Shown: positions 25,612 through 37,612 of the stretch, one piece after another | How positions within the stretch are numbered: position 1 is the stretch's first letter | Layout: every line of letters starts with the position of its first letter | Assembly: GCF_964188315.1 (NCBI RefSeq) | Contig: NC_135658.1 | Coordinates: forward strand, 42,718,001-42,782,000 | Origin: Podarcis muralis | Taxonomy: Eukaryota | DNA length: 64,000 nt | Reading direction: 5' to 3' | Translations under genes and position numbers: made by a program | The notes under the pieces: model-generated | The model's input: the letters and a program-made list of their open reading frames with translations, nothing else | The model's database searches: none | Told to the model about the DNA's origin: nothing

Positions 25612-25935
25612 CTGAATGGCCTCTTGCCTTTAAACGACTCGTTGTTCGGTTACTTCGTGTAGAGTCTTACCACGGACTTTTGAACCATCTTCCCACCGCT
25701 TTTTCTTTCCTCCTTTCCTTCACCTGTGGTTTCTCACACCCCCTTTGTATCTCCTTCCTCTATGTATACCCGCTTCCCTCCTCACCCTTTGTCTTTCTCA
25801 CCCCTCCCCTAGTCACTGTTCTAGAAAAAGGAGTCATTTTATAGGTTTCCTCCACCCCTTGTCCGCTTTCCTCCGAGGTCTTCCCCTTGTCTCTGCAGGC
25901 CTGTGATGCTGACTGTTGCTCTTCTCACTTGTCAG
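25612..25935 (-). promoter_or_regulatory. Candidate GJA5 promoter and non-coding exon 1
   Basis: Repeat-free purine-rich block; TATAAAA at 25843-25837 next to AP-1-like TGACTC; T-box half-sites GGTGTGA (25740-25734) and AGGTGAA; Nkx-like CAAGTG near 25930; perfect donor CAG|GTGAGT at 25612/25611 and second donor GTG|GTAAGA at 25671/25670. Confidence 0.55.
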
Positions 25936-26676
25936 GAGAGACAAGCGCTGCACACCAAGCGCTCTTCAAATAACAGGTCACTATCAAGCTTTCCTTGAAA
26001 GTCAGGAACAGTGATGCCCCTTCTGCAACTAGAGCTCTCTGAAGGCAGTTCTACCCGTTCAAGAAGGGAAAGGGTTAGGGTTGAGGGGCGGAGGCAAGCT
26101 GTCCCTTGTTGATTCTGGAAAGTGCAACCAATCAATGCATAATTCCTAATGTTCTGAGATTCCCTTATTCTGACAAGAATACTTTCCAGCAAGCCTGGTT
26201 GGCGGGGGGGGGGGGAAGCAGAGGAAATACGCGTGCACATAAATCAACATTTGTGCATGGGTCAAAAGTTAAAAATAGAAGGAGCGGGTTCTGGACCGTG
26301 TTTGCAACACGAACAGCCTATTGAGAAGAACGTAGAGAGTGACCCAGCATCAATATCAAATCTTCAGAGGAGAGCAAGAGCTTTGCTACAGGTGATAGTG
26401 CCAACTGAGGAATGTTACCTGTAGTAAACAGGTTTTACTTCGGCTTGGTGTGTGCTAGGAAGAGTGAACCACACTTCATAGGTCTCCCCTCAGTGTGTGG
26501 CATGCCCTCCATTTTGGATGAAATATTGTCCTTTGTTGACTTTGAGACTCCCATCCTGTCCTCTTTTTCAGTTCTGTCTGTCAAATTTTCAAATGGTGAG
26601 ATATTCCCCACAGGGTGGGAAATGTGAGGAGTATGTCTGAAGTTATTCTCAAATGTGTGGCTTCTAATAAAACATA

Positions 26677-26883
26677 CAGTGGTACCTCGGGTTAAGTACT
26701 TAATTTGTTCCAGAGGTCCGTTCTTAACCTGAAACTGTTCTTAACCTGAAGCACTCCTGCTGCTGCTGTGCTGCCGGAGCACGATTTCTGTTCTCATCCT
26801 GAAGCAAAGTTCTTAACCTGAAGCACTATTTCTGGGTTAGTGGAGTCTGTAACCTGAAGCGTATGTAACCCGAGGTACCACTG
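26677..26883. mobile_element. Tc1/mariner MITE, same family, inverted relative to 18127
   Basis: TA|CAGTGGTACCTCGGG...CCCGAGGTACCACTG|TA. Confidence 0.85.
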
Positions 26884-26936
26884 TACATTGTTCTGCTATT
26901 ATGAGAGTTATGTTCTCTGCCTAAAATGAGAAGGCA

Positions 26937-27352
26937 GCCAGAGGAGATCGTCACAGCAGCCATGAAATCCTGAGCCACCCCAGAGCCAGTCGCCTCAGTG
27001 TGGATGTTGAAGTCCCCTAGAACCAGCAGTCTGGGAGTCCTCAACATTGCCTCCGAGACCGCAGTGAAGTGGGTGGTAAACCAGCAGAATCCCTAATCTG
27101 TCCCGATTGCACAACACCAGAAACACACACTCTAGATCCCTCCCCCACCTGACTGGATAGAGAGCCTGGAGAGACAGAGAGAATTTCTATAGACCACAGC
27201 AACTTCCCCTCTCTGACCCTCAAGTCTGGCCTGATGCTGTACCATGTACACAGGTGGGCACAGCTGAGTGGGACCAACTCTTCATCCACCCAGGTCTCGG
27301 TGATACAAGCAAGATTGGCCTCCTCATCCACAGTCATGGATAAAGGAGGCAT
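26937..27352 (-). mobile_element. L2-type LINE endonuclease fragment
   Basis: Minus ORFs contain APE motifs LACITETW and LVLGDFNIH. Confidence 0.75.
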
Positions 27353-29820
27353 TTATATGGCAGCTTCCAACAGTGAGATATGCATAAAATGGCTCACAAC
27401 ATAATAAATTGGTGTATTATTTAATGCAAAACACTGAAAGGGAGAGGTTGGGGGAAGAAAGCAATATTGTTGCTGTGTGAAACGGCCAGTTGTAGCTACA
27501 TTAGCCATGCATCTCAACTGGCACTCCTCAACTGCGAACCTGCACACCGCATTCTCTTGGAATTGCAACACTGAATTTTTTTAATTCTTCACTTCAACTA
27601 TGTCTGACATTATGAAATTACACTCAGGTTCTTACACACCTCTACACAAATCAATCAATGTGGTGCTTAAAAGGTGTGTGTGTGTGTGTGTGTGTGTGTA
27701 AGTGTGTGTAAAGGGTGTCTGTGTCGTAGAATGGTGAAAAGGTATCTTTAGGCAATATGCAGAAAAAGACTGGAATATTTTTTTTCTTGCTGTGGTTTGT
27801 TTGTGTGAGTTGGAATAGGGAATATGGTGTGGTACTTTACCCTTTCCCTACCTGCCAATTTCCTGCTCCAGATCTCTCCCCAAGCATCTTTTACTATCAA
27901 AACTCCAAGTCTGTGTTTATGCTTGGAGACCCCATTGCAGAGGCTAATGGGGAAAAGTTTGGAGTGGGGAAAACAGTGGGTGATAAAAGAGTTAAGCACC
28001 TTCTCCACTTTTTGATCAGCTTCAATTTGGCCGGAGAAAGCTAACTTTCTTGTGAAGCTCTCTCCTACTCCATATCTATTGTTAACAATGTGCAGTTTGT
28101 CCCTTTGCGGCAAGGAAAGAAATGGATTGTCTCAAGGAGGATGTCTTTTACAAATGCAAATAATACTTAAATATGCATTTGGTTTTTAGGCTCAGGGAAG
28201 AACCTGTGGAGTCATGACACATGTTTATTCAAAAGCCCATGTATAATGCAAGAGTATGAGCTCTTTTTGACTTGCAGATAAAGGCAGAGCAGCAAAGCAA
28301 AGCATGAACATTCATTGCATTATTCTACACATTTAGTTTGATAGACTGGCCCAGACCATTCAGTCATTGCTATAGGGAGAGAGAAAGCCCCTGTAATGGA
28401 TTTTATGATGATGTAATGACAGCAAGGAGGAGACACATTAGGTGCAGATTGCCTAAACCGTGGTGCTGTCATGTAATATGTACAAACATTCCAACTGTCT
28501 TGGGGAAAGTTCACAGTAATAGCTTGCAGCTTCAGTTTGGCTGGAGAAAGCTCTCGTCCATCCTAGGGCTGGACAGGAGGGCGTAGGCGGGGAGACTGCA
28601 GTTTAGAAAGCTGAAAGTGGAGAGTTTTCAGGAGGCAGATGGGCTAAGGAGTAAGCCTAGGGTCCAGATGGGGCTGAGCTGAAGAAGGGAAGGAACTGAA
28701 CCGAAAAAACAAGAACCTCAGAAGAGAGTAGGGGGGAGAAGATGAAGTCTGCAAAAAAGTCAGGGAACTGAGGAAGCAACTGTAGAAAAACATTCCAAGG
28801 CCTAAATATAGAAAGAGCTATGGGGAGGGCAGGGGGAGATGGAGGGAAGGGAGAGATGAATCTGCTGGCCAGGCTCTATAATGTAAAGAACACATATATA
28901 TATTGGAGAATGGCAGTGGTAGAACATCTTACATGCAGAAAGCGTCAGGTTCAATCCCTGGCATTGCCAGGGAAGGCTGAGAGAGTTCTGTACTTGAAAC
29001 CCTGAAGAGCTACTGCCAATTAGTGTATTATTTATATATTTCATTAAAAAATTATACACTGCTTGATTGTAAAAACAACAACAACAACCTCAAAGCAGTT
29101 TAGCGTAGATTGGCCAATAAACTTTATACTGTTTCTTACTATTTGTTCAAAAGGGAGGTCTCTGGAACCTCTGAAGACAGGATTATTATACAAAGAGAGC
29201 TGCCAAGATTGTTGCAAAGACAAAATAGGAACTTCCCTTTCATGCTGCCCTGAGCAGATTGCAGGAATAGTAGCAGACATTTGTGACAGACTGATAATAC
29301 CGCACAACAATAAATGCATTGCACTTTCCATTAGTGCTCAAAACTCTTCCTTCTGTGCGTTACTTTAGCATTTCCTACAACAGCTCTGTAAGGCAGGCAA
29401 GTATTATTATGCCCATATTAGAGATGGAAAGATAAGGAAGTTGAGAATGAGGACCGAACTACAGGTGTGCCAGTCTTGCTATTCATGCAGTTGCCCCATT
29501 CACAAATAAAACAGGGCTGTCTTCCTTTTCACAGTAAATAAATCATGCAGGAGAGGGATGTCTGTTACTCCATATTTCTACCTTTCTGAAGAGTAAGCTA
29601 TGAATGGAAGAAAGTGGCTGGCGCAGTGAACTAAGGGAAGGGAACGTGTGAAGAAAGGGTATTCACTACCCATCTCCTTTGGAGAAGAGCTATAGCTCAG
29701 TGGTGGGTCACATGTTTTGCATGTGTAAGGTTCAAGGTTGAGTCCCTGGCATCTCCAGGAAAGGCTGAAACCATGGAAAGCCATCGCTAATTGGTCTATA
29801 GACAGTATTGAGCTAGAAGG

Positions 29821-30040
29821 GAAGCGGGTGGTGCTGTGGTCTAAACCACTGAGCCTCTTGGGCTTGCTGATCGGAAGGTCGGTGGTTCAATCCCTGCGAC
29901 AGGATGAGCTTCCGTTGCTCTGTCCCAGCTTCTGCCAACCTAGCAGTTCGAAAGCACACCAGTGCAAGTAGATCAGGGGTCAGCAAACTTTTTCAGCAGG
30001 GGGCCGGTCCACTGTCCCTCAGACCTTGTGGGGGGCCGGA

Positions 30041-30075
<35 letters not shown>

Positions 30076-30777
30076 GGGGGGGGGGAAATGAACAAATTCC
30101 CACAAATAACCCAGAGGTGCATTTTAAATAAAAGGACACATTCTACTCAGGTAAGCCACCCCCCCATGACTCTCCCCTCCCTTCTCCACAGCACCGGATG
30201 AGCCCCGGTGGCTGCTTACCTGTGTCTTGAGAGTGGAAGGGGCTGGCAGCAGGGGGACGATGAGCAGCGCATGAAAGGGCTCCAGAGAGGGGCTGGCAGC
30301 AACAAAGCCCAAATTGAGCCTGCTTACAATGGCAGCCGCTCGAGCGCTAACGCTGCTGTTGCTGGCACCAACAAAGCCTAGTCCCCTTCCTCTTGGCTCT
30401 AGGTAGGGCGGGGAGAAGCCAGGAGGAGGGAGGAAGGAGGCGCTGCTGAACGCATGTGCTGGCACAGCCTGAACAATCAGCTCCACGCCAATCCACACGG
30501 TGATCCATGTGGCCTTAGTCTGCCTGCCCATGGAGTAGATAAATAGGTACCGCTGCAGCAGGAAGGTACACGGTGTTTCTGTGCACTCTGGATTCCCTTA
30601 TGGTGTTCCGTTGCGCCAGAAGTGGTTTAGTCATACTGGCCACATGACCTAGAAAGCTGTCTGCAGACAAATGCTGGCTCCCTCGTCCTGAAAGTGAGAT
30701 AAGCGCCACAACCCCATAGTCCCCTTTGACTGGACTTAACCATCCAGGGGGTCCTTTCCCTTTCCCTTTCCCCTAAC
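29821..30777 (+). mobile_element. Sauria SINE split by a hAT MITE and itself inserted in an older tRNA SINE
   Basis: SINE halves 29821-29973 and 30533-30777; TSD TGAGCTAGA(A/T)GG at 29809-29820 and 30778-30789. Confidence 0.85.
29974..30532. mobile_element. Non-autonomous hAT element with GC-rich interior
   Basis: Starts CAGGGGTCAGCAAAC, degenerate right TIR gtctgcctgcccatg, 8-bp TSD AAGTAGAT/GAGTAGAT; contains (CTAT)n. Confidence 0.75.
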
Positions 30778-31084
30778 TGAGCTAGATGGGCCAAATGATC
30801 AGTCTTAGTGTAAGGCAACTTTTTATATTCTACTGTTAAAGGAAGATCTCCCCCGGCCCTCTTCATGCTATTTGTGTGAACAGTGCAGACACATAGAAAT
30901 AAAGCTGTGTCTGCCAGATTGTCCTATCTAACTTGCTTCTGAGTTGGCAGTTTAAGCTACTCCCTTTGTCTCATCCAAGTTGGTGGCCAAGAAGTACCGG
31001 TATTTGATTATATTTGTCTTGATCTTCTAACATTCAGCTTCATTGGATAATGATGAGCTCTAGCCTTGAGATGGAGGAAAAAAA

Positions 31085-31400
31085 TTCTCTATCTGCTCTC
31101 CCCAAGCTGAGCTTTTTCCATGTCTTTTATTTGCCTTGTCTCTAAGCTAAAAAGCCCCCAATGCCGTAACCTGTCCCCATAGGAGAGTTGCTTCATTCCC
31201 TTGACCATTCAGGTTTCCATTTTCTGTTCCTTTTCCCACTCTACAATATCTATTTTCCAATATATGGGATTTGCCTTTTTCACAGTTCGTGCACACAGAG
31301 TTGACATTGCCATTGAGCTTTCCTCTATGACTTCAAGGTCTCGTTCCTAGTCAGGCACCTCCAGTTCAGAACCCATGAGCACCTACCTAAAATTAAGATT
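31085..31400 (-). mobile_element. Degenerate CR1 internal fragment
   Basis: ctaagctaaaaagcccc...cccttgaccatt...tccactctacaatatc resembles CR1 RT antisense. Confidence 0.4.
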
Positions 31401-31429
31401 TATTTCCAGCTAGATTTATTTCCCTGTGA

Positions 31430-31640
31430 ACAAAAATGGAAAGATGAAGAAGTTCCCACCACAGAAGAATGGAATAAGCAAAGTGATGGGCTATGCTGAA
31501 TCGGAAAAGTTGACAGCTAAAATAAGAGAACTGCTTTATGGAAGAATGGAAACCTTTTCCAGACTCTTTAAAGAAATATTACAATAGGGTGAATTTGTGA
31601 GCAGGATTTGAACTATGAGCAACAGAAAGAACGAGAGATT
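31430..31640 (+). mobile_element. Degenerate L1 ORF2 C-terminal fragment
   Basis: gaagaatggaataagcaaagtgatgggctatgctgaatcggaaaagttgacagc, similar to 54630-54700. Confidence 0.5.
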
Positions 31641-31646
31641 ATTGTA

Positions 31647-31877
31647 CAGTGGTACCTTGGGTTACAGACTCATCAGGTTACATATGCTTCAGGTTACAGA
31701 CTCCACTAACCCAGAAGTAGTACCTTGGGTTAAGAACTTTGCTTCAGGATGAGAACAGAAATCGCGTGGTGGCGGCGTGGCAGCAGCGGGAGGCCCCATT
31801 TGCTCCAGGTTAAGAACAGTTTCAGGTTAAGAATGGACCTCCAGAATGAATTAAGTATGTAACCAGAGGTACCACTG
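31647..31877. mobile_element. Tc1/mariner MITE, same family
   Basis: TA|CAGTGGTACC...GGTACCACTG|TA. Confidence 0.85.
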
Positions 31878-31982
31878 TATTATGGTTATGATATAAAAGA
31901 GGGAGGATAAGGAGCAGCATAATAAGGGTAGAAGTTTAAAAAAATGGGGTGGGAAGTTGATAAAACAAAAGAAAAAATATTA

Positions 31983-32231
31983 CTGTATTGGCCTGAATAT
32001 AAGCTGCACCCGCAAATAAGCTGCACCTTTAAAATTCGGTGGCTTGGGGGAGGCTTGTGAGTGGTGGGCAGGCAGCACACCGTTGCCCCATGCTCCTGGG
32101 TTGCTCTCGGGGCGGGGGGGGGGAGCCACGCTGCTTTACTGGTTGAATAAGGTCCCAAATATAAGCCACACTTAAACTTTTCATGATTGGAATTTGGGGA
32201 GAAAGTGCGGGTTATATATGGGCCATTACGG
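31983..32231. mobile_element. Second Tc1/mariner-type MITE family
   Basis: TA|CTGTATTGGCCTGAATATAAGC ... GTTATATATGGGCCATTACGG|TA imperfect TIR. Confidence 0.7.
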
Positions 32232-35200
32232 TATGTGATGGAATTTTATGTGAAAATTGTGTAAATCAGAGAAAGAGAGAGAGAAAGATTTATATATTTT
32301 TTGCCCCGACATGCATCACTTTGTGATCATTTTACTACTCATTCACTCAGTTTGGAGAGGCCCATTAACATGTGGGTATAAGACAGCTGTTTGTCTCTAC
32401 TGAAAATGAATTTTATTCATTGCTGAGGACTGCAGTAGCTATGAGGCTATCCACATTTGGAAAACACAAATGATCTCTGGCCTTCTATACCCCTCAGACT
32501 GGGTAGTTCACGATCAGCCTGAAGTTCTCCAAGCGATTTCCTACTGGACAGCTCAGCTGACCTGAACAGCTGAGAGAACTGAGAAGTGGGGAGTCTTGCT
32601 AAAATGAACAAATTAAGGTGAGAATATTGTGCACAAAGGGCTTGCCCTTCCATGTGCTTGCATGCATAATTCTTTCCTGTTTCTTCACCCATTCAGCCGA
32701 AGTTAGAAGCCAGGAAGAAATACAGATTTTTATTTTTTTCAAAGAAAACAAACCCACTCGCAAATGTATTTTAGCACAAAATGAATAGTTTAAGGATAAG
32801 CTCTGTAAGACAGATGTAAACACAAAGACTATGAGGCTGAAAGCATTAAAATTAAATTATTCAACTGTACAGAGATTTTTCTTTTTTTAAATGTGAATTT
32901 TGATTGTCTTTCCTTCATAGCTCTCAGCTCTGACTTAAAAAATGTCAAAATCAGGGAAATACTCAAAATTTAAATTTTACCTCAAATGGTGACATGTGAA
33001 ATTCAGAAATGAAATCTGAGATCATTCAATTTTCAGGAGTATGGTCGATTTCATTAACGAATATGATGAAAATAAAGTTTCTATATTCTGTTCCATGTGA
33101 CCTATGCTATCAACTATTGATTGCTACAGCCTGTCCAGTGTCATATTTAACACTGATTTCATGTCGGCTGCTGCATTTCAGATGCTGTCAAGTGATGACA
33201 GCTTCTGCACATCAGCCATCAAAAAATGCTAACTACTACTGCATGTCAACTGTCACAGATTGTCCACTTATGTGCATTGAACCTTATGCAGCATTTTAAT
33301 TTAATTTTATGCATGCTTATACTCCAGTAACTGTTTGAGGCATTTGATTCTAAATAGAGATAATAGAAGCATTCTTTTGCATAGATCACTTCTGGAGATT
33401 AAATCCTATAACTGTAGATTCGTCGTCATTATCTTCGTATTATTCTCCACTTATATACCTTAACAGCCTTCCTCTCCCACAGCCACAAGAAATCAAGGCA
33501 ATCAGTCCACTCAGAGGTACAACTGGCAAAAGGGGAAATAAGACCATCCTATTTGCATAATGGGTAAGAAACAAAAATTCTAGTTTGCAAAGTGGTAAAC
33601 CAAAGGAAATTATCTTTCCTAAAGTAAGGACTTCCCCGATGTGAACTTTGTATTAGCTATTGCAAAAAAAATCAGTACTTGTAGCTATTTTGCACATTCT
33701 TTATGCTTTTTTCCCTTGTTATCCGCCAACATTCATTCAATTAAAGCTGCAATTCTGTGCACAGTTGAATGTAAACTTCACTAAATGCATTGTGACTTAC
33801 TACCAAGTCAGAGAGGAATTCCTTTCTCCCCACCATCCCAGAGCAGAAAGTGTGATTTGGGATGATGTGTGATTTGCACAGCACATCATCTTGGATCAAT
33901 AAAATCTGCTCAAACCTCATTAAACAAAATAATTTCAGTGTAAGACCCCAAAAAGAACCCACAAAATATACTCCCCCCCCACTCATTTTATCAGATTTTC
34001 GATAGACAGAGGTAGGGGCACAAAAATAGACGGATGAAGAGGTTTCTACTAATAATTTAGCTTTGGGGTTGATCTTTGGACTTGCAGGAACATACCTTCT
34101 CTGCTTGTATATCCAGGAGGGATCCTTGTCTGATGGAGGACTCTTCAGATTGGATAAACAAATCTCAGAAGAGTGTCAGAGCAGCACGTCTTCTTATCAG
34201 GCAGCTGCCAGGAGGGTCCCAAAAAACCTGAAGGAAGCAGGCTGTAGGGTCTCCTAGCTTCTGAGTGCCGTGTGACATGCCCCAGCAGCTGTCGGGCTCC
34301 TATAGAGTCATCGTGGTGGATTGGGTTATAAATGTGGTCCCAAGAAGGCTTTATTGTAAGCAGTGACTTGGCTCTAGCCGAGCACTTCCTCTGCCTCCCA
34401 GCCTCTCTATTTTTAATGAAGGAATCTGGGGCTATCGCAAAGGAAGTCAAATTGTTTTAGGAAAACAATAGCAAAGTAACTAAACGTTTATTGGTTTCCT
34501 CCCTTGGGGTCTGCGATGGAGTTGTCAATTGGACTGAAAAGATGGACGTACTGTTTGTTTAAAAGACTTAATTCACTGGACTAAATCAATCTAGCTTATG
34601 TCATTTTTTATTTTTTTTAAAGAGCGAGATCGTAGACTGATATGGAAGTGAAGCAGCAGCTTAAAAGTGCAAGTAAGATTTGATCGTTAAGCTATGCTTT
34701 TTAGAGTTTATGGTTATGAAAGGATTGGCTTGTATCCAACAAAGTTGTTCCATTAGCACAAGGACTTCTGCCTGTGGAATTGGACTTCTTCTCCCTCTCC
34801 AGCTCCAGGGGGTTGGGGGAACCACCCCCAAAAAGGCTGGGGGTATGTTGGAGAGCAAAGCGAGAGGAGAAGAAGACAAGAAGGAGTCCTGTTGTGCAGG
34901 CAGAAGTCCTTGTGCCAATGGGATGACTTCATTGGAACCAACCTGTTGCCTCTAGACCTAAGTGTCCAACTCTCCCTAATACTTACTGTCCCTGCAATGT
35001 TTCCCCACTTGAGTCATTCTATGTTAAGTCTAGGCTTGGAACCCAAATACCTGATGCCACCAGCTTTGCCAGCCTTCCCACATCTTAAGACAAACTTGGA
35101 CAACCTGATGACCTCCAGATGTTTTGGACTATGATTCTTATCACCCCTAGCCAGTCCAACTGTGCTGGCTAGCTGGGGCTGGCAGGAGTTGTAGTCAAGA

Positions 35201-36800
35201 ACATCTGGAGGGCACCAGTTTGGCCAAGGCCATTTTAAGATCTTTAGAAGAGGCTCTAAGGAGTACCTTCAGAGCAGGGGTGGGAAAACTTTAGGCATCT
35301 TGGATTTAGGGTGATTTTTACTCAAACCTCAAGATGTACCAACCATAGCCAGATACACTTTCCTAGAGTTAAGGAACAGGATGTGTTGAAAATGTGCTCA
35401 GCCCAGGAATTTGTTTTCACTATCAGAAGAGAGCCCACAGTCCTGCCACCTTTTGCTAAACAATTGGGAGCCAGAATGCTTGCTGATCTACTGCACATCA
35501 CTTGGAGATCTACTAGTTGATCCCAATCTACCTTCTGCCCATCCATTTGTTTGCTATATGATTGTTCTGGGATACCCTAGACAAGAGCAGATTTTATTGC
35601 TAGATATGTCTTGCGCAACTTGCAATGGTGTGTTGCATAAAGGTACCCAGAGAAAATATTAACGGGTTTAGATGTGGAACACAGGAATAAGATGTATATG
35701 TTTTTATTGTGCCTAAACCCTCTTTATGGAAATGCCTCATTTGTAGATGATCCCCCATTACATTTTTTTAAATAAAAAAATTACTGAACAAAAACTTTAA
35801 CAAGTGAACTTCTGAAACGTCTATTTGTGATTGGGAATAGTTTTGCATTGGCAAATTGACAGATTTGTGTAAAAGGGAACCTCCTGTTTGCAAACAAGCG
35901 TTCTGTCTATTGTGACAGCGAGTAGACTGCGCCGAAGTGCTGTGCCCTCAATAAATTGTTACCAGTCAGAGTATATCATGGGAGTCCTGGAAACGGCTGT
36001 TTCCACAAAGCTGCCAGCTGAGAAGCCACCGGCACTTTGGGATGCTAAACCTTACAGGGCTCGCTTCTGGAACATCTGGTGCAGGAGTCTTTTTCGAGAC
36101 TACCTGCCAGCCTGCCCATTTGCTACATAAATGAACATCACCTTCAGAGCCAGGAGTGCCAGGAGCAACAAGAGCTTCCACTAGATTAATATTATTCAGT
36201 TTAGATGATGAGGGACAATTGGAAGTGAATGGAATTGTCTGCACACATAAGAAAAATACAGGCCTTTGCTGCCATAAAGCAGTTCCTGGCATCATTGGGA
36301 TTCACTTTGCATCTCTGTCATCATCATCAGCAAACTCTCTTGATTTTGGGCCCACTAGATGTCCCTAAGTGTCGTATTGACTAGAATGGAGGCACCAACC
36401 CCTTCCCACCCATGTGATCTGGTATCTGCCCACTCCTTGCAGTGAATGGATTTTGGAAATGTTAGTTTCACATTCTTGATCTCTCTCTCTTTTTTTGTGT
36501 TGCTCACGCATAGGGCATTCAACTTGCCCTTGACACCACATTGTCCAGCTAGCTTTGCCATCCAATGACTGCAGGTTGAGCATGGTTGTCAGCAAGGATT
36601 CCCTCCACATGCACATGCTTTGACCCTGCCAGTCCCAACGGGCACAAGCCCCACCACTGATGAGAAAGATCGCCACACTCCAAGTGCCCTTAAATGAGTA
36701 ATGTGTCCCTGGGGCTTCAAGACAGACATGGAGTGCCTATATTTTAACACCATCCAATCAAGCGCAGCAAAGATACAAAGTTGTGATACGAAAGTTCACA

Positions 36801-36889
36801 AAGAAGAAGAAGAAGAAGATGAAGAAGATGAAGAAGATGAAGAAGAAGAAGAAGAAGAAGAAGAAGAAGAAGAAGAAGAAGAAGAAGAG
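36801..36889. repeat. (GAA)n microsatellite with GAT interruptions
   Basis: Directly visible. Confidence 0.95.
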
Positions 36890-37123
36890 TTTGGATTTGA
36901 TATCCTGCTTTATCACTACCTGAAGGAGTCTCAAAGCGGTTAACATTCTCCTTTCCCTTCCTCCCCCACAACAAACACTCTGTGAGGTGAGTGGGGCTGA
37001 GAGACTTCAGAGAAGTGTGACTGGCCCAAGGTCACCCAGCAGCTGCATGTGGAGGAGCGGGGAAGCGAACCCGGTTCACCAGATTACGAGTCCACCGCTC
37101 TTAACCACTACACCACACTGGCT
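36890..37123 (-). mobile_element. tRNA-derived SINE (Squam3-like) with a (CTT)n tail
   Basis: Reverse complement of the 22791 head (taaccactacaccacactggct); tail merges with (GAA)n at 36801-36889. Confidence 0.8.
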
Positions 37124-37439
37124 GCTATGCAAACTCACACTTTCCCTCAGGATGGGATGGGTGCTTTGTTTCAGTGTTCTTGAATGGCTTGGTTGGTTGA
37201 CCTGCTTGCTTTGCTAGCCACCCTTGAAGCCCCAGGTGACTCGGCGGCTCCATTTCTCACTTCTTGCCCTCAGACCCTTCTTTGTGCCTTTGACTGAACG
37301 TTGGAACGCTGAATGTTGGAAGATTCAGGACTTCTTCATGCAACACATAATTAAAACTCTGGAGTTCGCTCCCAAAGGAAGCAGTGATGGCCACCAACTT
37401 GGAAGAAGATGGTGGCTGTGCCCTGCCTCCACAGTTGGC

Positions 37440-37612
37440 GGCAATAATGCTTCTGAGTATCAGTTGCTGGAAACCCCAGGAGGAGAGAGTGCTTTTGTGC
37501 TCTTGCTTGCTGGTCTCCTGCAGGTGCCTGGCTGGACACTGTGAGAACAGAATGCTGGGCTCAATGGGCTACTGGCCTGATCCAGCTTGCTCCGAGCTCA
37601 GTCTGCATGTTT
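37440..37612 (+). mobile_element. CR1-like LINE 3' tail
   Basis: cttctgagtatcagttgctggaaacc...actgtgagaacagaatgctgg...ggcctgatccagc. Confidence 0.6.

Larger units (their letters stand above)
29680..30830 (+). mobile_element. Older tRNA-derived SINE (Squam2-like) split by the Sauria SINE (parts about 29680-29820 and 30778-30830)
   Basis: tagctcagtgg A-box, ggttgagtccctggcatctccagg B-box region, tail gatgggccaaatgatcagtcttagtgtaaggcaac; related copies near 28905-29010 (+) and 50770-50920 (-). Confidence 0.6.

Noticed and set aside
36657-36672. CTGATGAGAAAG, both hammerhead boxes adjacent
   Set aside because: No helix II between the boxes and no flanking helices
36701-36974. Poly-Glu, poly-Leu and poly-Phe ORFs (also poly-Gln at 53154-53546)
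   Set aside because: Translations of (GAA)n and (TTG)n microsatellites
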